NCBI GenBank assembly: GCA_036377755.1
Contig: DASUXX010000171.1
Span: 1 to 59,958 of the forward strand
From: Gemmatimonadaceae bacterium
Lineage (GTDB): Bacteria; Gemmatimonadota; Gemmatimonadetes; Gemmatimonadales; Gemmatimonadaceae
Reading direction: 5' to 3'
DNA: 59,958 nt
Positions 35,799 to 45,457 of the stretch are shown here, piece by piece. Made by a program: the position numbers and the translations under genes. A model generated the notes under the pieces. The model did no database searches. It was not told where the DNA came from and saw only the letters and a program-made list of their open reading frames with translations. Positions within the stretch are counted from its first letter, which is position 1; each line of letters starts with the position of its first letter.

Positions 35799-37739
35799 AT
35801 GTCCCACGGGAATCGCCCGCAGTCCGCAGAAGCACACTTTGATGTAATTGTCGTCGGAGCCGGTCACGCCGGCACCGAGGCGGCAGTTGCTGCTGCGCGT
35901 ACCGGCGCTAGTGTCGCACTCGTCACCAGCTCGCTTGAGACAATCGGGCAGATGTCGTGCAATCCGGCAATTGGAGGCGTCGCGAAAGGCACAGTCGTTC
36001 GCGAAGTCGACGCACTCGGCGGGATTATGGGGCGCGCAACAGATCTCGCATCACTCCAGTTCCGAATGCTGAACCGGAGCAAAGGCCCCGCGGTCTGGGC
36101 CCCTCGCGCTCAGTGCGACCGCGGACTGTACCGCCGCGCGGTGCGATCTCTCGTCGAGGAACACGAGAAAATCCAGACAATACAGGGAACTGTCGCTCGT
36201 CTCCTCGTGACGGAGAATGATGCTCGCGTCGAGGGAATCGAAACACTCGAAGGCCGTCGGTTTACGAGTCGGTGCGTTGTCATCACGACAGGAACGTTCC
36301 TGCGCGGCCGCATTCATATAGGAACAACGACAAACATGTCGGGCGGCAGGGCCGGTGAGTCGTCAGCTACTCATCTTGCGGAGCAGCTCGAGAGTGCCGG
36401 GCTCACGGTTGCCCGCTTCAAGACAGGGACGCCTCCACGAATCGACGGACGGTCAGTCGACTTTTCAAAATTTCAGCGACAGGAAAGCGAGATCGAGCAG
36501 TTCGACTATTCCTGGTCGCACTTCTGGGACACGCCGCGAAATAACGGCGACAGTGTACGGCACCCTCCACAGATGCCCTGCTGGATCACTCATCTCGATG
36601 AGCGCGGAAAGCAGATCATCCAGGAGAATATCAACACCTCCGCGATGTACGGCGGAGCGATCACTGCGCGCGGGCCGCGATACTGTCCATCGGTAGAAGA
36701 CAAAGTCGTTCGCTTCCCGGACGCGGAACGACATCAGCTTTTTCTCGAGCCGGAAGGTCACGACACAACAGAGCTTTACGTCAACGGGTTGTCGACGTCG
36801 CTGCCCGCTCCAGTTCAGATCGAGATCATGAGATCGATTCCCGGCCTCGAGAATGTTCGCATGAACCGCGCAGGATACGCGATCGAATACGACTACTATC
36901 CGCCGACGCAGCTCGCACCATCGCTCGAAGTGAAATCGATCGCAGGTCTTTTCTTCGCAGGCCAGATAAATGGAACCACTGGCTACGAGGAAGCCGCGGG
37001 ACAGGGAGTTGTCGCAGGAGTCAACGCGGGACGCGCCGCACTCGAAAAAGATCCCATCACACTCGGCCGTGAAACATCATATATCGGCGTACTCATCGAC
37101 GATCTCGTCACATGCGGTGTGGACGAACCATACAGACTGTTCACCTCCCGCTCTGAGTTTCGCCTCACTGTTCGCCAGGACAATGCAATCCAGCGACTTG
37201 GCGAGATCGGAAAACGCCTCCATCTCTACGACTCGAGAGAAAGCGACATCGTCGATAAACGATTGCAGGAGGAACGAGAGATCACTGAGCTCGCTGAGAG
37301 AACAAGCATTTCTCCGGAGCAGGCTGATCTGATTCTCTCACAGGCAGGATCAACCGCCATTCCTCACCCAATGAAAATCGCAGAGCTCACGCGTCGTCAC
37401 GGCGTGAGTCTTCGGGAGCTGTTCTCCGCCGCGCATGCGCGAGCCGATTTCTCGAGCGAGGCACTGCTCTCCACAGAGCTCGCTCTCAAATACTCAGGCT
37501 ACTTTGCGCGAGAAAAGGCACAGGCAGAACGAATGCGCTCGATGGGTGGCTTTGCACTCGCTCATGATCTTGCCTACAGCGAATTCAATTCGCTCTCATA
37601 TGAAGCACGTCAGAAGCTGTCTGCAGTTCAGCCTCGCACACTCGCGCAGGCGTCGCGAATTCCTGGTGTGAGTCCCAGTGATATCCAGAATCTCGTCATC
37701 GAAGTAGAAAAGCGCCGGCAGCGCACAGTACCAGCCTAA
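35799..37739 (+). CDS. mnmG: tRNA uridine 5-carboxymethylaminomethyl modification enzyme
   Basis: GAGHAG, MSCNPAIGG, KTGTPPR, GPRYCPS, GQINGTTGYEEAA. Confidence 0.97.
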   Translation: MSHGNRPQSAEAHFDVIVVGAGHAGTEAAVAAARTGASVALVTSSLETIGQMSCNPAIGGVAKGTVVREVDALGGIMGRATDLASLQFRMLNRSKGPAVWAPRAQCDRGLYRRAVRSLVEEHEKIQTIQGTVARLLVTENDARVEGIETLEGRRFTSRCVVITTGTFLRGRIHIGTTTNMSGGRAGESSATHLAEQLESAGLTVARFKTGTPPRIDGRSVDFSKFQRQESEIEQFDYSWSHFWDTPRNNGDSVRHPPQMPCWITHLDERGKQIIQENINTSAMYGGAITARGPRYCPSVEDKVVRFPDAERHQLFLEPEGHDTTELYVNGLSTSLPAPVQIEIMRSIPGLENVRMNRAGYAIEYDYYPPTQLAPSLEVKSIAGLFFAGQINGTTGYEEAAGQGVVAGVNAGRAALEKDPITLGRETSYIGVLIDDLVTCGVDEPYRLFTSRSEFRLTVRQDNAIQRLGEIGKRLHLYDSRESDIVDKRLQEEREITELAERTSISPEQADLILSQAGSTAIPHPMKIAELTRRHGVSLRELFSAAHARADFSSEALLSTELALKYSGYFAREKAQAERMRSMGGFALAHDLAYSEFNSLSYEARQKLSAVQPRTLAQASRIPGVSPSDIQNLVIEVEKRRQRTVPA

Positions 37740-38629
37740 GCTTCAGCGCTCACTCGTTGCGGAGCCGTGAGCTGAAGAATCACGACCGCCGCAGCAATCA
37801 GCACTCCTCCACCAATAATTGACACGGTAAGGGATTCACGCAGGAACACTGTGCCAAGCAGCGCTGTGCAGAACGGTTCTACCGTTGCTATGATCGAAGT
37901 GCGCACCGGGCCAAGAACACGAAGTCCGGCGATCAGCGAGATAAATGCGATGACTGTCGAGAACAGTGACAACAGTATGACGTACGCCCACAATTCAGTC
38001 GTTACTGGAAAGCGTAAAGATCCCGCTCCGATATTTCCGATCAGGAACGCGACTAGAACCCCGCATATCAAATAGAAACTCGAGAGAGCTGGATTAATTC
38101 CGCGCTGCACCTGGTTGAGCGCAGGCAGATAAAGTGAATACAGAAATGCAGTGCCGAGTGCGATGAATATTCCCAGCCTGCTCAACGGTTCGTCCGGAGT
38201 GCCCACCATTACCGCAATCCCCGCCATCGCTATCGCGAGTGCAATGAAGCGAGCGATCGTGAGCTCCTCACGCCCTGTCATTGCCGAGTGCAGTGCGACC
38301 CACGCCGGATATGTGTAAAAAAGAAAGGCAAGTGGACCGACAGGCAGAAAGTCGAGCGCGCGCAGAGACAGATACGTGATGAGAGCCTGGCCAAGACCGC
38401 CGACTAGGACGAGCCTGACAGCATGATTGCGATCGATGCGTGTGATCCGCTTCCGAAGAACGGTCAGAAGCAGGATACAGGCTATGAAGTAACGCCAGAA
38501 CATCGCTGGCAGCAGAGGCATTCCGCTTCGTGCTGTGAGAACCGTGAGCGTCGACAACGATCCGAATGCGAACGACGACAGAACGATGAGCCCAGTGGCT
38601 CGAGCCACTGTCTGGCGCTCGCCGGTCAT
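37736..38629 (-). CDS. EamA/DMT family transporter
   Basis: About 10 TM helices in two repeats; LFYTYP, ATVEP, FLRE. Confidence 0.87.
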   Translation of the reverse strand: MTGERQTVARATGLIVLSSFAFGSLSTLTVLTARSGMPLLPAMFWRYFIACILLLTVLRKRITRIDRNHAVRLVLVGGLGQALITYLSLRALDFLPVGPLAFLFYTYPAWVALHSAMTGREELTIARFIALAIAMAGIAVMVGTPDEPLSRLGIFIALGTAFLYSLYLPALNQVQRGINPALSSFYLICGVLVAFLIGNIGAGSLRFPVTTELWAYVILLSLFSTVIAFISLIAGLRVLGPVRTSIIATVEPFCTALLGTVFLRESLTVSIIGGGVLIAAAVVILQLTAPQRVSAEA

Positions 38630-38739
38630 GCGAGAATTAACTCGGGCAATTTCAGGAATCGTTTTTACAGGTGTGCAAGTCGGCCCGTCCGGGACGTCTT
38701 AAGAGCAGGAGCAAACAAAATTCTTTGGGGAACAGAAAC

Positions 38740-39453
38740 ATGAAACGTACTTTATTGGCTGCATTTTGCCTAATTCCTGTAACACTATACGGACAGCAAC
38801 CGAACACTCCGGCGCCCCTACCACAGATTTCAACTACATCTCGCGGTGAAGTGAAGGTGGTTCCAGACCGTGCAAATGTTCAGATCAGTGTGCAAACCCG
38901 GGCTGAGACAGCTGCGGCGGCTGGGACCGAGAATGCGAGGAAGCAGAAGGCTGTGATCGACGCTCTTCGCGCTTTGGGAATCGATGCGAAGGACATCTCG
39001 ACAACCGGTTATAACGTGTATCCCGAGCAGCGGTATGAGCCCAACAAAGAGCCAGTTGTTGTTGGCTATAACGTCACCAATACTGTTTCGGTCGAGCTGA
39101 AATCGATCAATATGGTAGGCCAGGCGATAGATGCGGCTTTGGGTAAGGGAGCGAACATGATCAGCTCGCTTCAGTTCTACTCGTCCAACACGGACAGCGC
39201 AAGAAAGCAGGCGATCGCTCTTGCTGTTCAACAGGCGCGTGCTGATGCCGAGGCGGCGGCTCGTGCGGCGGGAGGGAGTATTTCCTATCTGCTCGAGATC
39301 AACGTTGGGGGCTACTACCCGCCATCGCCACAACCTATTGCGATCCGCACCAAGATGGACATGGCGGCAGCGCAGGCAGCTACCCCTATATCGGCTGGTG
39401 AACAGACAGTCGCAGTCGACGTAACTACGCGGTGGTATTTTACCGCCCGTTAA
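38740..39453 (+). CDS. SIMPL (DUF541) periplasmic protein
   Basis: Signal peptide, VVPDRA, DIST..YNVYP, GYNVTN, GAN, PISAGEQTV. Confidence 0.87.
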   Translation: MKRTLLAAFCLIPVTLYGQQPNTPAPLPQISTTSRGEVKVVPDRANVQISVQTRAETAAAAGTENARKQKAVIDALRALGIDAKDISTTGYNVYPEQRYEPNKEPVVVGYNVTNTVSVELKSINMVGQAIDAALGKGANMISSLQFYSSNTDSARKQAIALAVQQARADAEAAARAAGGSISYLLEINVGGYYPPSPQPIAIRTKMDMAAAQAATPISAGEQTVAVDVTTRWYFTAR

Positions 39454-39458
39454 GTCAA

Positions 39459-39474
39459 TGTTTCACGTGAAACG
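39459..39474. other. parS: parS centromere site 1
   Basis: TGTTTCACGTGAAACG, 15/16 to consensus TGTTTCACGTGAAACA. Confidence 0.92.
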
Positions 39475-39484
39475 CCAATAGTTG

Positions 39485-39500
39485 GGTTTCACGTGAAACA
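39485..39500. other. parS: parS centromere site 2
   Basis: GGTTTCACGTGAAACA, 15/16 to consensus. Confidence 0.92.
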
Positions 39501-39511
39501 TCACCTATATC

Positions 39512-39547
39512 AAAGCGAGTTGCCCCTGCCCGGGGGCGGCTCGCTTT
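39512..39547 (+). terminator. Terminator-like hairpin between parS and parA
   Basis: AAAGCGAGTTGCCCCT..GGGGGCGGCTCGCTTT. Confidence 0.7.
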
Positions 39548-39580
39548 CGTACATTCAGCGGGAACTTTTGCCGAGTTGCT

Positions 39581-40372
39581 GTGGGTCGAGTCATTGCTGT
39601 TGCGAATCAAAAGGGTGGGGTCGGTAAGACGACAACCACGGTAAATCTTGCCGCCAGCCTGGCTGCGGCAGAGCAGTCGACGCTTATCATCGATGGGGAT
39701 CCGCAGGGAAACGCCACTAGTGGCGTTGGAATTCAGCGGCAGGATATCGGCGTAACTCTGTATGATGTCCTGATCGGCGATAGTGGAATTCAGGAAGCCG
39801 TGCGTAAGAAGGTCTTGCTCGATCGCCTGGATGTCGTTCCTGCTACACCGGATCTGGCAGGTGCAGAAGTCGAGCTGATCAATCGTGAGGATCGTGCGAG
39901 CGCGATGCGGAATGCGCTCGAACCGCTGCGTGATCAGTACGATTTCATTCTGATCGATTGTCCGCCGTCGCTTGGACTCATCACGCTCAATATGCTGAGT
40001 GCGGCAGATTCTGTTTTGATTCCGCTGCAGTGTGAGTACTACGCGCTCGAAGGGTTATCACAGCTTCTGAATACCGTGCACCGAATTCAGCATGGTGCTA
40101 ATCGGGAGCTCGGCATATCCGGAGTTCTTCTTACGATGTACGACGCGAGACTCAACCTCTCTCGTCAGGTTGCAAGCGATGCACGGGAATATTTCGGTGA
40201 GACCGTTTTCGAAACGGTTATCCCACGCAATGTCCGACTTGCAGAAGCGCCAAGCTTTGGAAAACCGATCATTCTATATGATCTAGGATCTATCGGAGCG
40301 AAGGCATATATGAATGTCGCGCGCGAGCTTATCGCGAGGACAAACGGAGGCAATCCGCAGAATGGCTCCTGA
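39581..40372 (+). CDS. parA: Chromosome partitioning ATPase ParA/Soj
   Basis: NQKGGVGKTT, DPQGNAT, IDCPPSLG, EYYALEG, IPRNVRLAEAPS. Confidence 0.96.
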   Translation: MGRVIAVANQKGGVGKTTTTVNLAASLAAAEQSTLIIDGDPQGNATSGVGIQRQDIGVTLYDVLIGDSGIQEAVRKKVLLDRLDVVPATPDLAGAEVELINREDRASAMRNALEPLRDQYDFILIDCPPSLGLITLNMLSAADSVLIPLQCEYYALEGLSQLLNTVHRIQHGANRELGISGVLLTMYDARLNLSRQVASDAREYFGETVFETVIPRNVRLAEAPSFGKPIILYDLGSIGAKAYMNVARELIARTNGGNPQNGS

Positions 40373-41273
40373 AAAATCGACACGCAGGCTTGGTCGCGGT
40401 CTGGATGCACTTTTCAATACACCGGCACAACCTGCTGATCTGCCAGTCGCGACAGCATTGCGCGATATCCCAGTAAATGAAATCGAGAGCAATCCGTTCC
40501 AGCCACGGAAGACCTTTAAGAAGGAAGAACTGAGCGAGCTTCAAGAGAGTCTTAAGTCAAACGGATTACTGCAGCCAATAACTGTGCGCTCGTCGCCGAA
40601 GGGAAAAGGCTATGAGCTGATCGCCGGTGAGAGGAGACTGCGTGCAGCGACTGCCCTTGGGTGGACGAGCATTCCCGCTGTTGTAAAGGAGTTCACAGAC
40701 CAGGAGATACTTACTCTCGCTCTAGTGGAGAATCTTCAGCGATCTGATCTCAATCCGATCGAAGAGGCTGAGGGATATGACAAGCTGATCAAGGAGTTTG
40801 GTCATACTCAACAAAGTGTCGCGACGATGGTTGGGAAAGATCGCTCCACTGTCGCTAATGTGCTAAGGATACTGCAGCTGCCGGTGTCTGTGAGAACATT
40901 GATCGAAGAGGGAAAGATCACGGCAGGCCAGGCACGCCCATTGTTAGGACTCGAAAGTGAATCACAGATAGCCTCTTTCGCTCGGCTCACGGTCGATAAT
41001 GGCTGGAGTGCGCGCGAAGTCGAGAACCGGGTGCGCGAAGCCACGAGTGCGGCGACAGGCAAGCCAACCGTCCGTGGTGGAAGGCCGCCAAAATCGGACA
41101 CTCGGCCTGCAGAAGTGAAAAGTCTTGAACAGCGGCTCAGAAAGCATCTCCAGACCGATGTCTCCATCGTTCTCAAAGCCGGCAACCGCGGGACACTCCT
41201 GGTTGAGTTCTATTCGCCCGATGACCTGGACCGGATTACCGAGATAATCGGTCTGGCCGATAATCCACAGTGA
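40362..41273 (+). CDS. parB: Chromosome partitioning protein ParB/Spo0J
   Basis: LGRGLDAL, NPFQPR, LIAGERRLRA, ENLQRSDLNPIEEA, HTH. Confidence 0.96.
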   Translation: MAPEKSTRRLGRGLDALFNTPAQPADLPVATALRDIPVNEIESNPFQPRKTFKKEELSELQESLKSNGLLQPITVRSSPKGKGYELIAGERRLRAATALGWTSIPAVVKEFTDQEILTLALVENLQRSDLNPIEEAEGYDKLIKEFGHTQQSVATMVGKDRSTVANVLRILQLPVSVRTLIEEGKITAGQARPLLGLESESQIASFARLTVDNGWSAREVENRVREATSAATGKPTVRGGRPPKSDTRPAEVKSLEQRLRKHLQTDVSIVLKAGNRGTLLVEFYSPDDLDRITEIIGLADNPQ

Positions 41274-41351
41274 TCTCCACAAAGTGTATAACTCTTTACA
41301 TAGCAATATCTTAACCTATTCCCAATGACGTTGATTCACAGGTTCTCCACA
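41261..41351. other. Cluster of DnaA-box-like 9-mers
   Basis: TAATCCACA 41261, ATCTCCACA 41273, TTATACACT (minus, 41283-41291), TGATTCACA 41332, TTCTCCACA 41343, around an AT-rich spacer. Confidence 0.5.
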
Positions 41352-42356
41352 ATTGTTGCCGGGGTGTTTGCTTTCACGTTCGCGGCGTGTTCAGGAAACA
41401 CTGGGTCAGATACACCGAAAGCACGCGGGTCCGATTTCAAGGTTGCGCTACTGACACCCGGGCCGATCTCCGACAAATCATGGAACGGCGGAGCGTACGC
41501 AGGGCTGATGGCAATCAAGGACAGCCTCGGAGCTCAGGTTAGCCACATCCAGACTAAGACACCTGCCGAGTTCGATGAAAACTTCCGGCAATACGGTGCA
41601 AAGGACTTCGACTTGGTTTTTGGACACGGGTTCGAATTCCAGGATGCCGCACTTCGCGTGGCGCCGAATTATCCGAAGACTGTTTATATCACCACGTCCG
41701 GAACGAGCGTCGCCAAAAATGTCGGCGGAGCTGAGTTCGCATTCGAAGAAGCGTCGTATCTCGCAGGAATCGTCGCCGGGCGAATGACGAAATCAAATCT
41801 CCTTGGCGTCATTGGAGGTACCGAGCTGCCACCTGTCAAACGAAGCTTCGAAGCGTTCGAGCAGGGAGCGAAATCGGTTAATCCAAAAGTGAAGGTGATT
41901 GTTTCATACATAGGGAACTGGGATGACGTAAGCGCCGGTAAGGAGCAGGCACTCGCCCAGATCTCACGCGGCGTGGACGTGATCTTCCAGAACGCAGACG
42001 CAGCCGGGCTGGGAATTTTTCAGGCAGTAAAGGAAGCGAAGAATGTCTGGATCGTCGGATCAAACGCAAATCAGAACGACATCGCACCAGACCGCACACT
42101 CGGCAGCGTTGTAATCGATCTCCCTCATGCTTTCCTGCTTATCGCACGCGCAGTGAAAGCGGGAGGTTTTACGGGGAAAGTTTTCGAGCTGGGTCTTCAT
42201 GACAACGTTGTGACTTACGTCGCGAATCCTCGCGTCGCGAGCACTGTTCCAGTCGATGCGACAGCGAAGGTGGACTCGGTACGAAATCAAATGATGGCTG
42301 GAACGTTTCGCGGAATCGTTCTGCCTGACACAACCCGCAAGGCGCAGGGAACGTGA
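41325..42356 (+). CDS. BMP-family ABC transporter substrate-binding lipoprotein (nucleoside-type)
   Basis: Lipobox FAAC, DKSWN, GHGFEF, YLAG, GVDVIFQNA. Confidence 0.9.
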   Translation: MTLIHRFSTIVAGVFAFTFAACSGNTGSDTPKARGSDFKVALLTPGPISDKSWNGGAYAGLMAIKDSLGAQVSHIQTKTPAEFDENFRQYGAKDFDLVFGHGFEFQDAALRVAPNYPKTVYITTSGTSVAKNVGGAEFAFEEASYLAGIVAGRMTKSNLLGVIGGTELPPVKRSFEAFEQGAKSVNPKVKVIVSYIGNWDDVSAGKEQALAQISRGVDVIFQNADAAGLGIFQAVKEAKNVWIVGSNANQNDIAPDRTLGSVVIDLPHAFLLIARAVKAGGFTGKVFELGLHDNVVTYVANPRVASTVPVDATAKVDSVRNQMMAGTFRGIVLPDTTRKAQGT

Positions 42357-43126
42357 CATCCACTCAGGAGGTCGTGAGTTACCTCGACGATCTCCTCGAG
42401 ACGTCGACGATTCCGGATTATAGCAACGCGCTCAACGGGTTGCAGCTCGCAAACAGTGGATCGATTACAAAGGCAGCTGCATGCGTGGACTTTTCCTCGC
42501 GCGCAATAGAGCAGGTCGTGGAAGAGGGCGCGAACTTCCTGATCCTTCACCATGGGATGTTCTGGACCGGGCTGCGTCCAATCACCGGAGCTGCATACAA
42601 GAGATTGAAGACGCTGCTCGAAAACGATGTAGCAGTTTACTCATCGCATCTTCCTCTCGATCGCCATCCGGTATTTGGTAACAATGTGTTACTATCTCGC
42701 GAGCTTGGGCTGGATCCATCGGGCGAGTTCGCATGGGCTAAGGGAATTGCAATCGGAGTGAGAGGCGAATCCGATATTCCGACCTCGGATCTTATCGCGC
42801 GAGCTCAGCAGTTCTCTGCATTGCACGGCGGCGGAACGATCGCAACGCCTATTGAGAACGGCAGACGAACCAGGCAATGGGCAATGTGCACGGGTGCAGG
42901 CGCTTCGTCGGAAACGCTTCAGGAAGCCGCCACACTTGGGGTAGACACGTTGATAGTGGGTGAAGGCCCTCATCACACTGCCGTCGAGGCGGGCGAGCTT
43001 GGCATCACCGTCATCTACGCCGGACACTACGCAACAGAGACACTCGGAGTGCGAGCGCTTGCCGAACACGCAGGAGAGAAGTTCGGCATTCCATGGACGA
43101 TGATCCATGCGCCGACCGGCCTTTGA
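42353..43126 (+). CDS. Nif3-like (DUF34) dinuclear metal protein
   Basis: NGLQL, LHHGMFW, SHLPLD.HP..GNN, GEG.H, AGHYATETLGV. Confidence 0.92.
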   Translation: MTSTQEVVSYLDDLLETSTIPDYSNALNGLQLANSGSITKAAACVDFSSRAIEQVVEEGANFLILHHGMFWTGLRPITGAAYKRLKTLLENDVAVYSSHLPLDRHPVFGNNVLLSRELGLDPSGEFAWAKGIAIGVRGESDIPTSDLIARAQQFSALHGGGTIATPIENGRRTRQWAMCTGAGASSETLQEAATLGVDTLIVGEGPHHTAVEAGELGITVIYAGHYATETLGVRALAEHAGEKFGIPWTMIHAPTGL

Positions 43127-44556
43127 GCGATACGATCCTCGCGCTGCGTGACATAACAAAACGGTTCGGCGACATGGTTGCTCTCGACACCGTGTCGCTC
43201 TCAGCAGGGCGAGGCAGAATCACGGCGCTGCTTGGCGAGAACGGAGCAGGAAAGACGACGCTGATGCGCATCGCCTTCGGTATGCTTCAACCCGATAGCG
43301 GCTCGATCGAAGCCGATGGGCGTCCAGTACGGTTTAGCTCTCCCGCTGATGCAATTGCGGCAGGAATCGGAATGGTCCATCAGCAGTTCTCTCTCATTCC
43401 GGCGATGACGGTCGCCGAAAACGTTGCATTAGCCGGTCGCGGTAAATATTCTCTGAGCGATACTAAATCGCGGCTTCGTGAAATTGCGAAACGTACCGGA
43501 TTGCAGCTCGATCCAGACTCATATGTCGCGGACCTTGGAAGTGCAGACCGGCAGAAGCTCGAGATTCTTCGGACACTCGCTCATCAGGCGCGTGTTCTGA
43601 TATTGGACGAGCCAACTGCCGTGCTTACGCCAAAGGACACGATCGACCTCTTCGATCAGCTCAAGTCATTTGCGGATGACGGCGGAGCAGTCATACTGAT
43701 CACTCACAAGCTGGCTGACGCAATCGAGCACGCCGACGATGTCACTGTGCTGAGACGCGGGAAGCTTGTCATGAGCGACGCGATGTCAGAGGTCGACGAA
43801 GCAGGGCTTGTAGCGGCGATGCTGGGCTCTATCCCAGAGCGATCAATCTCGCATGCAAACATCCCAAATACGAAAGGAACTGTCGCATCAATCGATCGAA
43901 TGCTTGTCATGAGCAGGCGCGGCGGTGAACCCGTAGAAGTCTCACTCGATGTAAGAGGTGGCGAGATCCTCGGTGTCGCTGCGCTCGACGGCGCGGCTAT
44001 TCCGATTCTGCGCGCGCTCGCAAAAAGGGTAACCCCGCGTGCAGCATCGATCAGTCTGCCAGAACGGATTGGATTTGTTCCCGAGAACCGGCGAGACGAA
44101 GCTCTGATCGACGAGTTCTCATTGACCGAAAACGCTGCGTTGTCGGGAGCAGGGTCAAGAAAAGGCGTCATCGATTGGGAAAGCGTCGTTTCGCGAGCAA
44201 CGCAAATAATCTCGGGCTACAACGTGGTCACACGAGGCGTCGAGGCGTCACCGGGAAATCTCTCGGGTGGAAACCAGCAACGCTTTGTGCTGGGAAGAGA
44301 GCTCGAAGGCGAGCCCGCGCTGATTGTTCTCGAAAATCCGACACAGGGTCTCGACGTAAATGCTGCCGCCTTCGTGCATGATCGGCTGCGTATCGCGCGC
44401 GACAATGGTGCGGCTGTTGTCTTCTATTCGAGCGATCTCGACGAGCTGGCTGAGCTCGCAGACAGGGTGATCGTCGTTTCGCAAAGTGGACTGCGCTCAG
44501 TGAATCCCGACAAGAACGAAATCGGAGCAGCATTGCTCGGCACACATGTCGGCTGA
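43123..44556 (+). CDS. ABC transporter ATP-binding protein (CUT2 type, two NBDs)
   Basis: GENGAGKTT, LDEPT, LSGGNQQ, NPTQGLD; TTG start overlapping the nif3 stop. Confidence 0.9.
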   Translation: MSDTILALRDITKRFGDMVALDTVSLSAGRGRITALLGENGAGKTTLMRIAFGMLQPDSGSIEADGRPVRFSSPADAIAAGIGMVHQQFSLIPAMTVAENVALAGRGKYSLSDTKSRLREIAKRTGLQLDPDSYVADLGSADRQKLEILRTLAHQARVLILDEPTAVLTPKDTIDLFDQLKSFADDGGAVILITHKLADAIEHADDVTVLRRGKLVMSDAMSEVDEAGLVAAMLGSIPERSISHANIPNTKGTVASIDRMLVMSRRGGEPVEVSLDVRGGEILGVAALDGAAIPILRALAKRVTPRAASISLPERIGFVPENRRDEALIDEFSLTENAALSGAGSRKGVIDWESVVSRATQIISGYNVVTRGVEASPGNLSGGNQQRFVLGRELEGEPALIVLENPTQGLDVNAAAFVHDRLRIARDNGAAVVFYSSDLDELAELADRVIVVSQSGLRSVNPDKNEIGAALLGTHVG

Positions 44557-45457
44557 ACTTGCACTGGTTGCGGACGCGCTCGTGCGAGCGACACCACTCA
44601 TCATCTCCGGATTGGCTGTCGCCTGGGCATTCCGTGGTGGCGTGTTCAACATCGGGGCTGAAGGACAGCTTCTCGCTGGAGCGGTTGCAGCAACCGCCGT
44701 AACCCTCGCGCTGGGACAGTCCCTCGGCCGTATATCACTCATTCCTGCACTGGGGGCCGGGGTCGTCGCGGGCGGAGCATGGGCGTGGATAGCTGCCGAG
44801 TTGCGACGGCGATTTCATGTGCTCGAGATCATCAGCACGATCATGCTGAATTTCATCGCGATACATCTAGTGTCGTTTCTCGTGCGAGGGCCATTACAAG
44901 AGCCAACACGCATTTATCCGCAGACAAGTACATTCGCCGACACGGCGCGACTCCCGGTGATCATTCCGGGAACGCGTCTCCATCTCGGTTTCGTCCTCGC
45001 AATTGTGCTCGCGCTTTTGATGAGCTCGGTTCTCAGAAAAACAGCGTTTGGCTTTCGCGTAAGAGCCACGGGCGCATCTCCACAAGCTGCCCGAACAGCG
45101 GGCATGATCGATATTGAGCGTACTTCCATGCTCGTATTTCTCATGAGCGGTGCGATCGCTGGACTTGCCGGCGCCATTGAAGTGAATGGAGTGACGTTCG
45201 CACTGTATGAAAATCTTTCGCCGGGATACGGCTACACCGCTATCGCCGTTGCGTTGATAGCAGGTCTTAATCCCGTTGGAGTGGTTTTCTCCGGAATATT
45301 CTTCGGAGCATTGGAGACGGGTGCCGCTGCGCTTCAGCGTGAATTCGCGATTCCTTCATCACTTGCGTCAGTTGTAGAAGCTGCGTTGATCATCGCGGCA
45401 ATTTCTGTCGCTGCAATCCGCGGCAGGCATTCACTCGTACAGCCCGCAAAGTCGTGA
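44546..45457 (+). CDS. ABC transporter permease
   Basis: FNIGAEGQ, EIISTIMLN, GYGYTAIAVA. Confidence 0.9.
   Translation: MSAELALVADALVRATPLIISGLAVAWAFRGGVFNIGAEGQLLAGAVAATAVTLALGQSLGRISLIPALGAGVVAGGAWAWIAAELRRRFHVLEIISTIMLNFIAIHLVSFLVRGPLQEPTRIYPQTSTFADTARLPVIIPGTRLHLGFVLAIVLALLMSSVLRKTAFGFRVRATGASPQAARTAGMIDIERTSMLVFLMSGAIAGLAGAIEVNGVTFALYENLSPGYGYTAIAVALIAGLNPVGVVFSGIFFGALETGAAALQREFAIPSSLASVVEAALIIAAISVAAIRGRHSLVQPAKS

Noticed and set aside
38663-38701. ECF-sigma-like TGCAAG..CGTC upstream of the SIMPL gene (similar TGCAAC upstream of the OMP gene)
   Set aside because: Spacing and sequence match are too weak to support.
43960-44010. Degenerate Walker A in the second NBD of the ABC ATPase
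   Set aside because: Normal for CUT2-family sugar/nucleoside ATPases.
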